The position numbers and the translations under genes are program-made. Positions 13,530 through 25,600 of a DNA stretch of 64,000 bases are shown piece after piece; the first letter of the stretch is position 1, and every line of letters begins with the position of its first letter. The notes beneath the pieces are model-generated. The model searched no databases. It saw only the letters and a list, made by a program, of their open reading frames with translations, and was not told the origin of the DNA. The stretch spans positions 26,126,560-26,190,559 of the forward strand of contig NC_134027.1 in the NCBI RefSeq assembly GCF_964204645.1. Reading direction: 5' to 3'. Source of the DNA: Tubulanus polymorphus (taxonomy: Eukaryota; Animalia; Nemertea).

Positions 13530-13707
13530 GGCCAGATCCTGTTCCGCAGTAGTGAGTTAAGAGTTAACTCGAGATCCATTTCCACAGTTGTGAGGTAGAG
13601 TTAACTGAATTCAGGTTCTAATTCCACATTTGTGAGTTAGATGTAAAATCTGTTTATTTTCATTCAGTTGACTCTTGAGTCAAATCAGAACTGTGGACTC
13701 GGGTCCT
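13530..13707. mobile_element. Cluster of short Harbinger-like MITE copies (GACCCAGTTCCACAGTTGTGAGTTA family)
   Basis: The motif ttccacagttgtgagtta...gttaactc...ctgtggaactgg recurs at 36555-36688, 37345-37453 and 41480-41632. Confidence 0.6.
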
Positions 13708-14412
13708 GAGTACCACGGCAGATACAATTCATTTGAGCATTTCTGGTATGCCTTGATTTCTCTACCGAATGTCGATGCCTTCGCGACCGAACTTTGAAAT
13801 GAAATAATCATCGGAATCGCCGAATGCTTCCATTCATTTTAGGAAATAATCATCGATCATGCGAAATGTGAAAATCTAAAATCAGTGAAATTCATGGCTG
13901 TCATTAGCGTTGAGTGAGCGCCGACTCGTGTCGACTGAACCTAATCAAAAATAGCCCACGCAATTTAATTGAATCTGATCAAATTGAAAGATTCATTAAA
14001 ATCCCGAAGAAAATTGGCTGGGCGATATTTCAGTGTGTAGGTTCGTTGGCACGCACACATCGCTGATCTGTGGTTATAAGTGGTTAGACATTGACATTCT
14101 GTTAATGAGAGTGATATAGGGTGACTCACCCAGTTTGCACAAGGTGAACGTAAGCTGCCCCCAATCCGATGTTTTTTGCTAAATCTGCAGAATTAATCCG
14201 TGATATCATTGTTGCTATGGCAACTTCTCAATGCGCAGTCTTTCTCTGTTGCGCAAACATTGTCATCAGTTAGTCGCAATGTCAAACCTCTTAGCCACTT
14301 ACTTATCGCAAAAATTATATCGCGCCGATTTTTGTGTCTCACAGACCTTAGGACAGTCTGATGCGCCCTGCCGAAATCAAAACAATGATATCGGCTAGAT
14401 AATTTGATTTCT

Positions 14413-14587
14413 CGGGGGCGGATTTAGTGGTGGCCCGTGCACCCGATTTATGCCAAGATAGATTCACTCTAAATGCTCAGAAAATAATCAATATTTTCAA
14501 ATTTTCTTGGGGAGGACCTTGATAGGTCTACATCTAGGCCAACGAAGTTTTGGGCCCCTATTCTAAATTCCTAAATCCGCGCCCCTG
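14413..14587. mobile_element. MITE with (CA)GGGGCGGATTTA...TAAATCCGCCCCTG termini
   Basis: Terminal inverted repeats. Same ends at 21618-21911; partial ends at 33023 and 47680/47870. Confidence 0.6.
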
Positions 14588-15391
14588 TTTCCTGAGAATG
14601 AGAACCTGATTATGATTTCAATATTTAGTTTATTTCGAATTTCTTGTTGATTTTTATTGTGATGACAAGTTGATTGTGTTCTGGTATGTGGTTTGCAAGC
14701 AGCATGATTTTTCGGTGCTCGGATTTCTAGCGAAGCTAGGTGCGGAATTGTGCGACTTTTTTTCTCTCTCCCTGCGGGAAATCAAGCCGCGACGAAGATG
14801 TTTAAAATGAAAATCGCGTTTAACTGAAAATTCCATTCGATTTTTAATGGAATTCCGCATAGAAATGAATATATACATAATCGATACTTTTTATTTCTGA
14901 AAAAAAGACGGAAATGAAGAAAAAAATTACTGATAGGTTATAGAATTACACATATACAGTATGCTCCAAAACTAAATAATGTAGGAACAGTATGCTCCAA
15001 TAAAAAATCTTTGTCATTGTAATATTTCTATTTGTCTGAGTTGTTTTCATTGTTGGAAATGAAAATGTTCATCAGTAAAGAAGGATCAATTGTCTCAAAA
15101 TGTTTTGTCGCCCAAAAGCCCTTGCCTCCCAGGGCCACCGAGCCAGACAGTGAGTCAGAAGCCGACCATGGATTTGGTGAACACATCAAAATGTTAAAAG
15201 TGGCTGCTGATATTGTCTAGTCTCGGCCTGCTCCAAATATCCAGTCCACAATTCAGTCCTCCACCTGGTCAGTACTTCACCTGAGACACTTCTGAATGAA
15301 GAACAAACTTAACAGATGGATGGAAAAAGATTAAAAACAGATTTCATACAATATCGAATGTGTGAAGGTGATGAATCCAGGCTGCGCAGTA

Positions 15392-15545
15392 ATACAGTGG
15401 AACCTCGTATATGACGATATATCAATTATTGTAAACCCCAAATATGACATTTTTGATAATTTCATGCTGGACATAACGAACTATCGGTTTATAAGAATTG
15501 ATTTTTCTGATCCCCTGAAGTTCGCTGTTACGAAGTTCCACTACA
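15392..15545. mobile_element. Tc1/mariner (Tigger-like) MITE
   Basis: TA-CAGTGGAACCTCG...CGAAGTTCCACTAC. A second copy at about 16140-16585 is interrupted by a Harbinger dimer. Confidence 0.65.
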
Positions 15546-16278
15546 ACCATTAATGGAATGAACGCCTTTTAAGTCAATTGTTTCTTCACGATTGAGAAAC
15601 AACAGCAATATCTATTTCTTTCGTTTGTAGACCCGCGAATGATTTGTGAATATTCCTGTGCAATGAGCGCGAATGCTGTGCATCTGATTATTTTCTTCAT
15701 CAATGTTTAGCTGAAGTTTGAGATGGAGAGGGAATTAACAGAGAAAGGAATAGCCTTTGTGTGATTGACACGGAGTTAACGAGATTTTTCCTAACGAATT
15801 AATATAATTGCGCACCCGTAGCGGTGAGCTGTCAACCCGTGACACATAGTCGTCATCACTGAGAACGAGAGAGATTCGACTGATCTGCGCCACCATCAAT
15901 GGGACTATACCCCATGAAGCAGAAGGCCCAGTTACCCTAAAATGTGGGGGACCAGTTCATTGGTTAGTTTGAACTGGACCTGCGTTTGATTTAATCGAAT
16001 TTGAAGGTTTTTTTTATATACGACCCCTGATCTAAGAGCGAGAAAACAGTTGAAATCAAATACATTCACTTGTACCAGGGAGGTGGGAGTACCTCCCTGC
16101 TTGTACCAAATACAAAGAATCTGATATTCATCCCATATTGAGTGGAACCTCGTTTATGCCTATATTAATCGGTTATTGCAAACTTCGATTTTCGTTTCAA
16201 ACAGGATAATTTAATTTTAATAATCTACACTCTGGAACGGGAACTATCGGTTATAAGAAGAGATTTTCTGGTCACCTG

Positions 16279-16561
16279 GGGTCGGTTCCATACACAGGGC
16301 TTCCATAGACTTAAGACCAGTATAAGACAAACTTAGTTCTATAGCCAATCTAACAACTAAATACCAGTCTTAAGGTTTAATACCACTTTTGGTCTTAAGT
16401 CTTGACTATGGAACCGGCCCCTTGGACCAGTTGCACAGTCATGACTTAAGTACAAAAGTCGTCTTAAATCTTAAGACTGGTCTTAATTTGTTCGACTGGC
16501 TATAGAACTAAGTTGGTCTTTGACTGGTCTTAAGTCTAAGCCTTGACTATGCAACCGGCCC
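16279..16561. mobile_element. Inverted dimer of a ~140-bp PIF/Harbinger MITE
   Basis: Two monomers (16279-16420, 16424-16561) with GGGCCGGTT(C/G)CA-type TIRs separated by 3 bp. The reverse complement of the whole unit lies at 57195-57471. Confidence 0.8.
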
Positions 16562-17657
16562 CTTCGTTGTAACGGGTATCCATTAACAGGGGTAACGGAA
16601 GGTTAGGGCCTATGACGAGAACGAAAATTCATTCAGACTTTGAGCAATTATCCCGGCAAATTTTTGCAAATAGAAACGAACTGGCATGCATAAATACACG
16701 TCCCCAGTCACGTACACTGTTTTTCTAAAGAACAATATCCGCCTTAATTTTTCAGATAATAAAACCCGCGTGTACCACACACCACAATGAACGAGTCTGG
16801 TGGTTCAACGGTTGCTATGGTAACGTGAATATGGTCATTTTCTTGTCGCGAACTGTTGGTGTAAATCGTGGATCTGGTCTCGTGGGTCAATGGATCAACG
16901 ATCATCAGCCACACTACCCGCCGCTCGCGCGCGCGCGCCAGTGGAACAAAACGCCACATATTCACCTCGAGTATCAAAGCACTGATTTCACCGTTAATAG
17001 TCGTAGATATAGCACGGTGTAAAAAAGTCGTTGTGGACGTAAAAATTCGTGTCTGGTTTTTACAACTAATGAATCTATCCACTTATCCAGAGCAGTAGCA
17101 GGATTGCTGAAAGGCCTGGGGTTCACCAATCTCTTGAGGGGCACCGGACAAAGACGAGGATCTAAAACTCGATGTAATACTGGATAATTTGTAGCAAGTT
17201 AATGCATTTGCTACATCAGTGAAAGAGAATCAAATAGGTGCCCAACTAAAAGCGACTTTCATTTTCTCTTTCGACTGGGTTTAAAATAACTCTAAATGCT
17301 CTAGCGCGTTGGCACAGCTGTCTGGTACGAACGTAGGTAAAACACTAGGAAGAATTGACGTGTCAACCAAACACGAATACCTATCTCAGTCTCATTGTCA
17401 GAAAAGCTGAGAGTGTCTTTTTTTTCAATCATTATCGAACAAAAATCATCGGCCAAGACAAATGATAAGGAACACATGCGAGCCCGCACCGGGCGCCTTC
17501 CATTGTCGTCGGCACGACGGTGACAGCACCAAATAGTCAAACGCTTCATTCCATATCCCGCTCCGATTTCAAGCATTAGAATCCTGAAATGAATATCAAC
17601 ATTTTAGCTTTACGAGAGTTGAGTCACTCGCTACAGCTGAAACACGAGCCAATCGCT

Positions 17658-17725
17658 ACAGCTGAGACAGGATTCAAACCCGGGTCGCCCGCTTCTGAAT
17701 CCGCACCGTTCCATGGCGCCATCTC
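17658..17725 (-). pseudogene. tRNA-like sequence (SINE head or degenerate tRNA)
   Basis: Minus strand gagaTGGCGCCATGGaacggtgcggattcagaagcgggcgacccgGGTTTGAATCCtgtctcagc has A-box-like and B-box motifs. The acceptor stem is imperfect. Confidence 0.45.
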
Positions 17726-17757
17726 TTAAGTTGATTTTAAAGATGGCGGCGCCCATG
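17712..17757. promoter_or_regulatory. Probable promoter with two opposed YY1-like sites upstream of METTL9
   Basis: GCGCCATCT at about 17716 and AAAGATGGCGGCG at about 17738, roughly 370 bp upstream of the METTL9 ATG. Confidence 0.5.
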
Positions 17758-18119
17758 TAAAAAAATATTTTTCAAAGAAATAACATCTCTTGCCCTTCAG
17801 AATTGACCTCGAAAACGTGTCAGTGATCACAATTTGTTTAATTGGAAGTGTAGGTTGTAAATAAGGAATAATCAATCAGTTGAATTCAGGAACATCGCAT
17901 AACTGACCTGTCTCTATACGAAAACTTGGAACCAATTTATTGAACTGAAATTGAAAAAGGTTTAGAACTGGGCTGGGGGCAAAAGATACCCCCGTCGGAC
18001 TGGAGAGGGTGCATACTCTAGTAGTAAGGTTATATGTCCCTTACTTGCAACTCTACAACCGGAAACAAGTGACCTAACTAACTGTGAGGAACTGTGAGGT
18101 GTTACTCAAAATCTTTTGA

Positions 18120-20927
18120 ATGTCAATACGAGTTTTTGTAGCGTCCCTCGTTTCTCTAGGGATCGGAATCAGTTTAAAGATCTTGTACGTGGCGCGTGTG
18201 AAGAAGAATTCAGCGGCTTGCGAAGCGGCGACGACGGAACATCAGAATATTCGATCAGTAAAAGACGTCATGTATCGTTACGCGTTTGAAGAGAGCGATG
18301 ATGGATTCCCGATTAGACACACGTTGAGGAGTCCTCTCGCTAGAGCGGTTTACGATCGCATGAAACATCAACAAAAACATCAGAATTCAACTCATCGTCA
18401 CGTGCGTATCCTACATTTTAATAATTGAAAACCATTTTTATCCAACTCCCACATCCAGGCATAAAGAAACCGAGATGTACCTTTTTCAACTGTAGAAAAT
18501 GAGGGTTTAGGTCTAGAGGGTTGGGGTTCAGGGTTTGTAGAGGCTTGGGGTTCAAGGTTTCTAAAAGATATGGGTTTAGGGTCTAGAGGCTTGGGGTTCA
18601 GGGTTTATAGAGGCTTGGGGTTCAAGGTTTCTAAAAGATAAGGGTTTATGGTCTAGAGGCTTGGGGTACAGGGTTTCTAGAGGCTTTGGGTTCAGGGTTT
18701 CTAGAGGATAAGGGTTTTGGGTTCAGAGGGAAAAGACCTACAGAGTTTGGATTGAGGGTATAGGGATTAGGTTTTTGGTAAGGGTCTAGAGGTGTAGGTA
18801 TCTACAGAGTTTAGGGTCTACAAGTTTGAGGGTCTATAGGGTTGAGGGTCTTGAGGCAATATTATTAAATAAGATACAGGTTAGGAACCCATGAGATTGG
18901 AATTGATTGACTTTGAAAAGGTCATCCTTCCTGAGAATACTCATAGTTGAAATTGATCGATTCGCATGAAACTGATGATTTATATTTCAGTGGTATGAAA
19001 TGAAAATGGATAATTTTCCGCCACGTCTCGTCGAGAAATACGTCGCCAGCGAAAAGGACCAAGAATCAGCTGAATTTCTCGAGAATTGTTACGATAAAGC
19101 CGACTGGATTTTCACTCAAATTTGGCAAGGGGTCGCGAAATCTTTTCTAACCTGGTTTGTTAGCGTCACATCTGCTAATGCGTAAGTATTTCATTTAAAC
19201 TGTTGCCTTATGAGTTGAAATAGTGCAAGTAACCTCTGGCTATGGTATTATTTAATTATGAGTTTTTTTGTTCCGTTGATGATACAATTTGTTCTATATT
19301 TCTAGGTTACTCGGTCGCGGATCTATGTTCGTTTTTTCGAGAAATCAATTTCATTCTTTAATACAAAAAGATGAAACATGGAAAGCAAAGAAACTTCTTG
19401 ATCTCGGTAAACAATTTAGGTGGAAGGGTGTAAATATTCTGATCTCGGTAAACAGTTTAGGATGTAGAGGGTTAATATTCTGATCCGATTCATTAATGAT
19501 AGGTGTGTATATTTTGTAGGTGCCGGTGATGGCGTCGTCACGCGTGTCATGGAACCAAATTTCGATGAAGTTTTCGTCACAGAAGTTTCAAAACCGATGA
19601 TCTGGAAATTAGAAGAAAAGAACTACAAGTAAGCAGCATTGGGATGATATAATTGTCTCTGTGGTCAGGGAGATCGTACTCTAGTCAGTGTGCCATGTTT
19701 GATCTGCCCTTGATAATTGAAACTTGGTGCGAGGATTAAGGCTCAAGAGGTGTCCTCCACCCCTATTGAAAATGGATGTTATCGGTCTAGCTGCCATCTT
19801 GCATTTTGCGCCTTGAACCTACAATTCTTTCCAAGTTAATGTAGGGGTCATTTTTTATTACGTATGCATTAGGGGAGGGGGAGGGGTTAGTGCAATATTG
19901 CGTACTGTAATGCTTAATGTATACGAAAAAATGACCGATTTTGCGTACAGAGGGGGAGGGGGGTTGAAAAATTCAAATTTAATGCGTACGTAATAAATGA
20001 TCCCGTACAGTTTAGGCTAAACAAAAATGATACCTTGTTTCTCCGAAGCGGCCGGGTCATTTTTGTAAAATATGATAAAATTTATAAACAGTTCATTTCT
20101 ATGTCTGTTATGATAAAATTGATCACGATTTTAAAAAAAGTAATGTATAGGGTAGATAGGCGGCCGGCCAGGTCAACATTTAAGCTAAGCAGAGCGGAGA
20201 AACAAGGTATAAATTTATTTTAGCCTTAAGCTCTGTTTTTTTTTAGTATATCTTAGAATGTTGTGTCTTCAGTCTATTGCGCCATTACTGTCTGCTTATC
20301 CTGGAGAGACAAACGTGGTATTGCCTCAATGTAGGCGTGAAAATTCATGTAATATATAAATAAAATGTTGCATCGTATTCAGAGTTTTAGGTATAGATGA
20401 TTGGGCGAATGGATCTCATCAGTTTGATTTGACCGCCTGTTTAAACGTGTTAGATCGATGTTCAAAACCTCTGTCGATACTGACCGATATCAAACGGTCA
20501 CTTGTTCCCGGAGGTCGAGTTGTAATCGCTGTCGTTCTGCCGTTTCGTCCTTACGTCGAGAACGGTCAGTATTTACACCCTTCAGAATGAATCAATTCCC
20601 AAAATTTGACTGAAACCTGTCGCGATTGTTTCAATTACAGGAAAAAATCAACACAAACCGGAAGAATACGTTCCGGTTAAAGGACACACGTTCGAGGAAC
20701 AGGTGAAAAGTTTTATCGAAGATGTTTTCGAACCGAACGGATTCACGGTCGAACGGTTTACTCGCGTGCCGTATCTGTGCGAAGGAGATCTTCAACAGTC
20801 GTTTTACGTTCTCGACGACGCGGTTTTCGTACTTAGAGCTTCTGATGAATCGTATCATGCTTCTGATGAATCGGCACACGCTGGTGATGAATCGATTCAC
20901 GTAGATGCAGAATCAAATGACGTATGA
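18120..20927 (+). CDS. METTL9: Protein-L-histidine N-pros-methyltransferase METTL9 (DREV family). Exons: 18120-18401, 18991-19181, 19306-19406, 19520-19628, 20383-20564, 20641-20927
   Basis: Motifs RSPLARAVY, TSANALLGRGSMFVFS, LLDLGAGDG (SAM motif I), CLNVLDRCSKP, VVLPFRPYVE and PYLCEGDLQQSFYVLDDAVFVL. Splice phases are consistent. Confidence 0.95.
18500..18860 (+). repeat. Degenerate G-rich tandem repeat in METTL9 intron 1
   Basis: Repeating aggcttggggttcagggtttctag / agggtctagag units. Confidence 0.85.
20015..20225 (+). mobile_element. PIF/Harbinger (Tourist-like) MITE, about 215 bp, copy 1
   Basis: TIR GGCTAAAnAAAAATGATACCTTGTTTCTCCG with TTA target duplication. Near-identical copies at 30436-30655 and 49581-49800. 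Confidence 0.9.
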
Positions 20928-20992
20928 TATTGATAGTCTCATTTACCACAGAATCTTTACTTTTTATGGACTGAAGTCAGTTCCACTAGTTA

Positions 20993-21307
20993 CAGTAGAC
21001 TCCTCCTGAATCGGTACCAGTCAAATCCGTAAACCGTTGCATTGCAAGCAATTTTACTAAAAATGAATTTGAGAAAATCTTTAAATATTCACAATTTTTG
21101 CACACTTACAATAATCAAAATGCTGCTGAGCTCCCTGATTCTGAACTCATTGAAATATTCAAAGCAATCCCAACTCTACCGAGTTCCTTGATTCTCAACT
21201 CGGTGAAATATTTACAGCAGTTTGAACGCTACCGAGTTCCCTGATTCTCAACTCAGTGAAATATTTATAACAGTCACAACTACAACTAAGTCAAACGGAG
21301 TCTACTG
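20993..21307. mobile_element. Tc1/mariner MITE with an internal ~53-bp tandem repeat (METTL9 3'UTR region)
   Basis: TA|CAGTAGACTCC...GGAGTCTACTG|TA, with three internal ccgagttccctgattctcaactcagtgaaatattt units. Confidence 0.8.
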
Positions 21308-21617
21308 TAGAAGAACAGTGTTACCTCTTGCTAAAATAGCGCATTATAAACATACATCGAATTTTTAATAATCGTGACTGCAATAATAACGTATGATGTA
21401 CGTAATATTGTTATTTGTTATAGATTTTATATCATATATCATTATTCATTACGGTATATAATGCTATTAGTAATTCTCATCTATATTTAACTCTAACTAA
21501 TCTAGTGAGTCAACTTCAATAGAGGATATTTCAATACTTTGTATAAATGGTTTTTATCTAAGTTCTGCATGTATTCCTAAATTTATTTTAGTGTAGTCAG
21601 TAACGTGTTAGTGAGTC

Positions 21618-21911
21618 CAGGGGCGGATCCAGGAGCATTTTGTGACCATGTCAACCAATAAAAAGGGCATATGTTTTTTAATTTAGGGCGGAAAGGCGTA
21701 TCGGCAAAATTTTTGAAATTTTACTATCATTTTAGAGCTTTCTGAGCATCTCTGAGAGGCATTTAGTCAAGAAACATAGGTTATATGTTTAGAAAAAATA
21801 TCTATTGTGTATCTCAGGTGGTAACAACGGCAAATTTTGATACGGAGAAAAACTAAGAAGGCACTTTGAAATTCCAAACGTGTCGGGCGACACGGTTTAA
21901 ATCCGCCCCTG
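21618..21911. mobile_element. MITE with CAGGGGCGGAT termini
   Basis: CAGGGGCGGATCC...AAATCCGCCCCTG, with a possible 6-bp TSD tgagtc/tgagtt. Confidence 0.65.
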
Positions 21912-22671
21912 TGAGTTGAGTTAATAGTGTACTGTCTGCATATAAGGGAATTGAAACTAGTGGAGTGATATCATTATGGATCGGGTTTCAAATCTTTTTA
22001 AAAAAGGAATTCAATGTTGTATATGTATGTATTATTTATTGATGCGACAACTTATTCTCTATTCGAATAAATCGGTGCTTTCTTCTACCATTATATATAT
22101 ATATATATATATAATTATTTTTATGTCGTTAGTTTTTCATTCAAAAAGCCCTGTCATCAAGGATCTTCTTATTTGTGACACACGACTTGCAGTTGTATCT
22201 ATTTTTCATTTTTTTCTAAATTTGATCTTAAAATTGACCCTGTTCATATTAGATTGGTAGATTTCGTGCCGCCTAACTACACCGTACGGTGGTGCCGCTA
22301 TGCTCATCGTTAGCGGGATTTTGATACACTAACATTCATCGACTCTGGCAATCAAGTGCGCGAAGGAAACTTAGACTGGTTGCGCTGAATTGGACAGTCA
22401 ACCAGTCTAAGAGGAACCGGAGTTTAACAGAAACTAGTCTACGGTAAGATGGAACGACGATTTGCGTGCGACAGAAAATTTTATTTCCAAAGCTCGGGAT
22501 GAAAAAAGTAACGAATTATTGGCTCCCTTAAAGGGTGATCCAAAGTTGAATGAAACATAATTACATTATGGTGATTACAATATGATTCACTTTAGAATCG
22601 AAAAATTAACAAGTTAACGACGATTTCATCTAGAATTCACGAGTCTCAAGCGATCCGTGCGAGTGGTTAGT

Positions 22672-25600
22672 TTATATGGCAGCCATGATTTCATCAACGT
22701 CATTTTTCAAATCGTCTGCTGCTATTATAGCCTGCTGCGTTATACATTGATCTAGGAAATTCTGTGCAACGTTTACAGCTGAAATAAAGTAACAGAAATT
22801 AAACCCGACGATGGATCGAAAGCTAAGGCCAGTATGCCACGCGCAGGAGCAGATCTTGGTGTGGTTTTTGGGGCCCTCCCACCGAGGTTGCTCTTTTGTC
22901 AAGAGAGAGATTGAATTTGACACTCATTCTTTTAGGTGGATATCAATTGAAAATTCTGGCCTGACGACAGACCAACATTACCCCTTTTGTGGCCATCTAG
23001 TGGCTGCTTTATCCAAAGGGAATCCCACTATTTTCCTTTTAGACCCCCCCCCCCCTAGTAGTTTTTCCTAGACCCGCACCTGCATTCCACGGACACCATC
23101 TGAAAAATTCTGTATAATGAAATAAATGAAAAAGGTACAATTTTGTCTACAGTGATTTTTGAATATTAAGCTCAGATCTCTAGTTCAGATTTAACAATCT
23201 CTTTTCTTTACTTACACCTGCGCAGTGACTCTAACGCATTTCTATTGCCGATACTGGCTGGTTTTACAACATTCTTCATATAACTAGTAGTGTGTACGAA
23301 ATTACTGATCAACTCATCAAATTTCTGACATTCTGAATTTAGAAAAAAATCATGATCAATATTCATTACGGTAAATGTTTGATAAAATCCAGAAAAATGA
23401 CAAGCACATTGATGAAGTCGAGTTTGAAACATGCGTTAGAAACAAAACGAAAGATTCTCACTTTATTACATCTACTGCTGTCGCTGCTGCCGATTTTAAT
23501 AAATCATTTTAATTATACAGATAATTCATACATTAAACATACAGTAAATCGAATACAGAAATGACTGATAGCAGATTATCAAACTTACTTTTAAAACGCT
23601 CTTCTTCTTTCTCTTTTCGTGAATTTTCAAATTTGCGTTTCTTGTCGTCTGCGGCGTCTCGGTTCTTCCCGCGCGCGGCGACGATCGGGCTGGAATTCTG
23701 AGACGAGCTACTGGACGACACTTCCACCACGACGGAATTCCTAGTTTGCGACGAAGGCTTAGGTAAAATCGGTCTAACCTTTCTGACGCTTTTGACATTT
23801 TTATAAGCGACTCCTTTATTGCTAGCGGTATTCGGTATTCGATCGGGCTTGCTGATGATTGGCCTCAGGCTTTTTTCAGACTGCGCCTTCTCTTTAGAGA
23901 TGGCTAGAAGGTTTATCGGCCACAGAGCAATAGGTATCGTTTCATTTTTGGGACCTGCTGTGGTATTCTCCGAGTTTGTACCATCATCCGACGCAACACC
24001 GGTAGAAGACTTCGAATTGGTGATGATTGGAGCGACAGTTGAAACTGGAAATTGAGTGGCAAAGTGAAGTACGCCATTTTTCTTCACCAGAACTTGTTTG
24101 TTATTGAATTTCAAGAAAGTTAACTTCTTTTGGATGCCTTCATAAACTTGACTCGGTGAAGTGGAATGGATCTCGTTCTTGGTACTTTGTTTCTCTTCAA
24201 CCGTGTCAGACTCTATCGGTGAATTCTTCTCAGATTCTTTAGTTACGCAGTTTGAAGGAGATGCGTTTTCTTTATTGTCGTCATCTTCGGAACAGCGCGC
24301 GGATAGGTCGATAGCTGTAACCGATGTCGAACTCGGGCAGATAACTGGACTTGGTAAATCAGGATTCGAAATCGGGGACGACAATCCAATAACAGAAGAT
24401 TCTGAACTGGTATCGTGAGCTTTCTCGGGGGTTCCCGACTGTTTAGTTCTGCGTATTGATGAACACTCTTGCCAGATACAATCAGCCGTTTCTTCTATAA
24501 ACTGTTTTAGATCGCCGCTATGAAGCGGACTGATGAGACCTCGAGAATTATTAGGGGATCCTCTAGGTTTCAACATCTTGTATTTCATTTTCACGCTGTT
24601 CGCTACGTTTTGTTTTGGACTGAGGTAAGATTTCAGTTGTCGTTTCCTTTTGTAAGCTAAAGACATACATTACATAAAAAAGGGAATAATTACCAACTTT
24701 CTTTAAATAACGAATTTAGATTCTTAGCCTTCTCCGTTCAAATTAATTACCTTCCTGTTGGTTCTTCATTAGTTGAATTGACGAGGCTAAAAACACTTTG
24801 TACGTACACAACTGCTCGGGACAATTTTTCACATATTCTCTAACCATGTCTTCTGTCATGCCAAAATTACGATCACCAAATGTATAGATATTTTGCAACT
24901 GAAATTTTGATGTATCGCTTTACATTAAACGCATATAAACGGAGGAATCACCACGAGCAAACTATTCAGCAGTCAGTATTTCCTTTGCAGGAAAATTATG
25001 AGAAGCTATTTACATTCAAAAAAGAAATTAGGGGATAAAGAAAAAAATTGATATTGGGAGGCGAACTTGGGTCTCTAGTTAAAAATTCGCAACCAGCTGA
25101 CCTATAGCAACAACTTACAGTAAGAATATTGTCCACCATTTAGACCCAATGAAAAACACGACGTTATAACGAATCATTATGACGAATGGTATAAATTCTA
25201 TTGAATTTAAAGTTAGATTGAGAAAGTTTATTCTGAGCAGCGCAAAAAGGTTGGCGTTTATATAACGGACCATGATGTACACCAATTGAAGGTGCAACCA
25301 GCGTGGTCGTAACAACATGGACTTACAGGCGATTTGGACTTGTATGGACTCTAAAATTTGAACGGACTTAAGATTTGGTGTTACAACAAGCATCCATGGT
25401 TCAGTGGTAGAATTCTCGCCTACCATGCAGGAGCCCGGGGTACGATACCGTCTATCCCGCTCTTTTTTTAGAAATTTATTTTTGCTTCGTTTCGTTTTAG
25501 AGTCCATGAAGATAGGGATGAAGATAGTCGTATTAATGATGATAGTGCTGCCACGTTTGTCAGATCACTAATGGAACTTTTTGCGCGCTACATATTTTGC

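Noticed and set aside
15636-15862. Box C/D snoRNA candidates
   Set aside because: Box C-like and box D-like words are not correctly paired or spaced on the same strand, and there is no terminal stem.
16744-17098. Three overlapping ORFs in a GC-richer block
   Set aside because: Non-ATG starts, no recognisable domain and no convincing splice sites. More likely regulatory DNA.
17658-17725. tRNA-Sec candidate (ggtgcggaTTCAga on the minus strand)
   Set aside because: Lacks the long variable arm and extended acceptor stem, and the anticodon stem does not pair. Treated as a tRNA-derived relic.
20035-20223. Similar small ORFs at 20035-20223 and 30438-30662 suggesting a small protein family
   Set aside because: Both lie within copies of the same non-coding Harbinger MITE.
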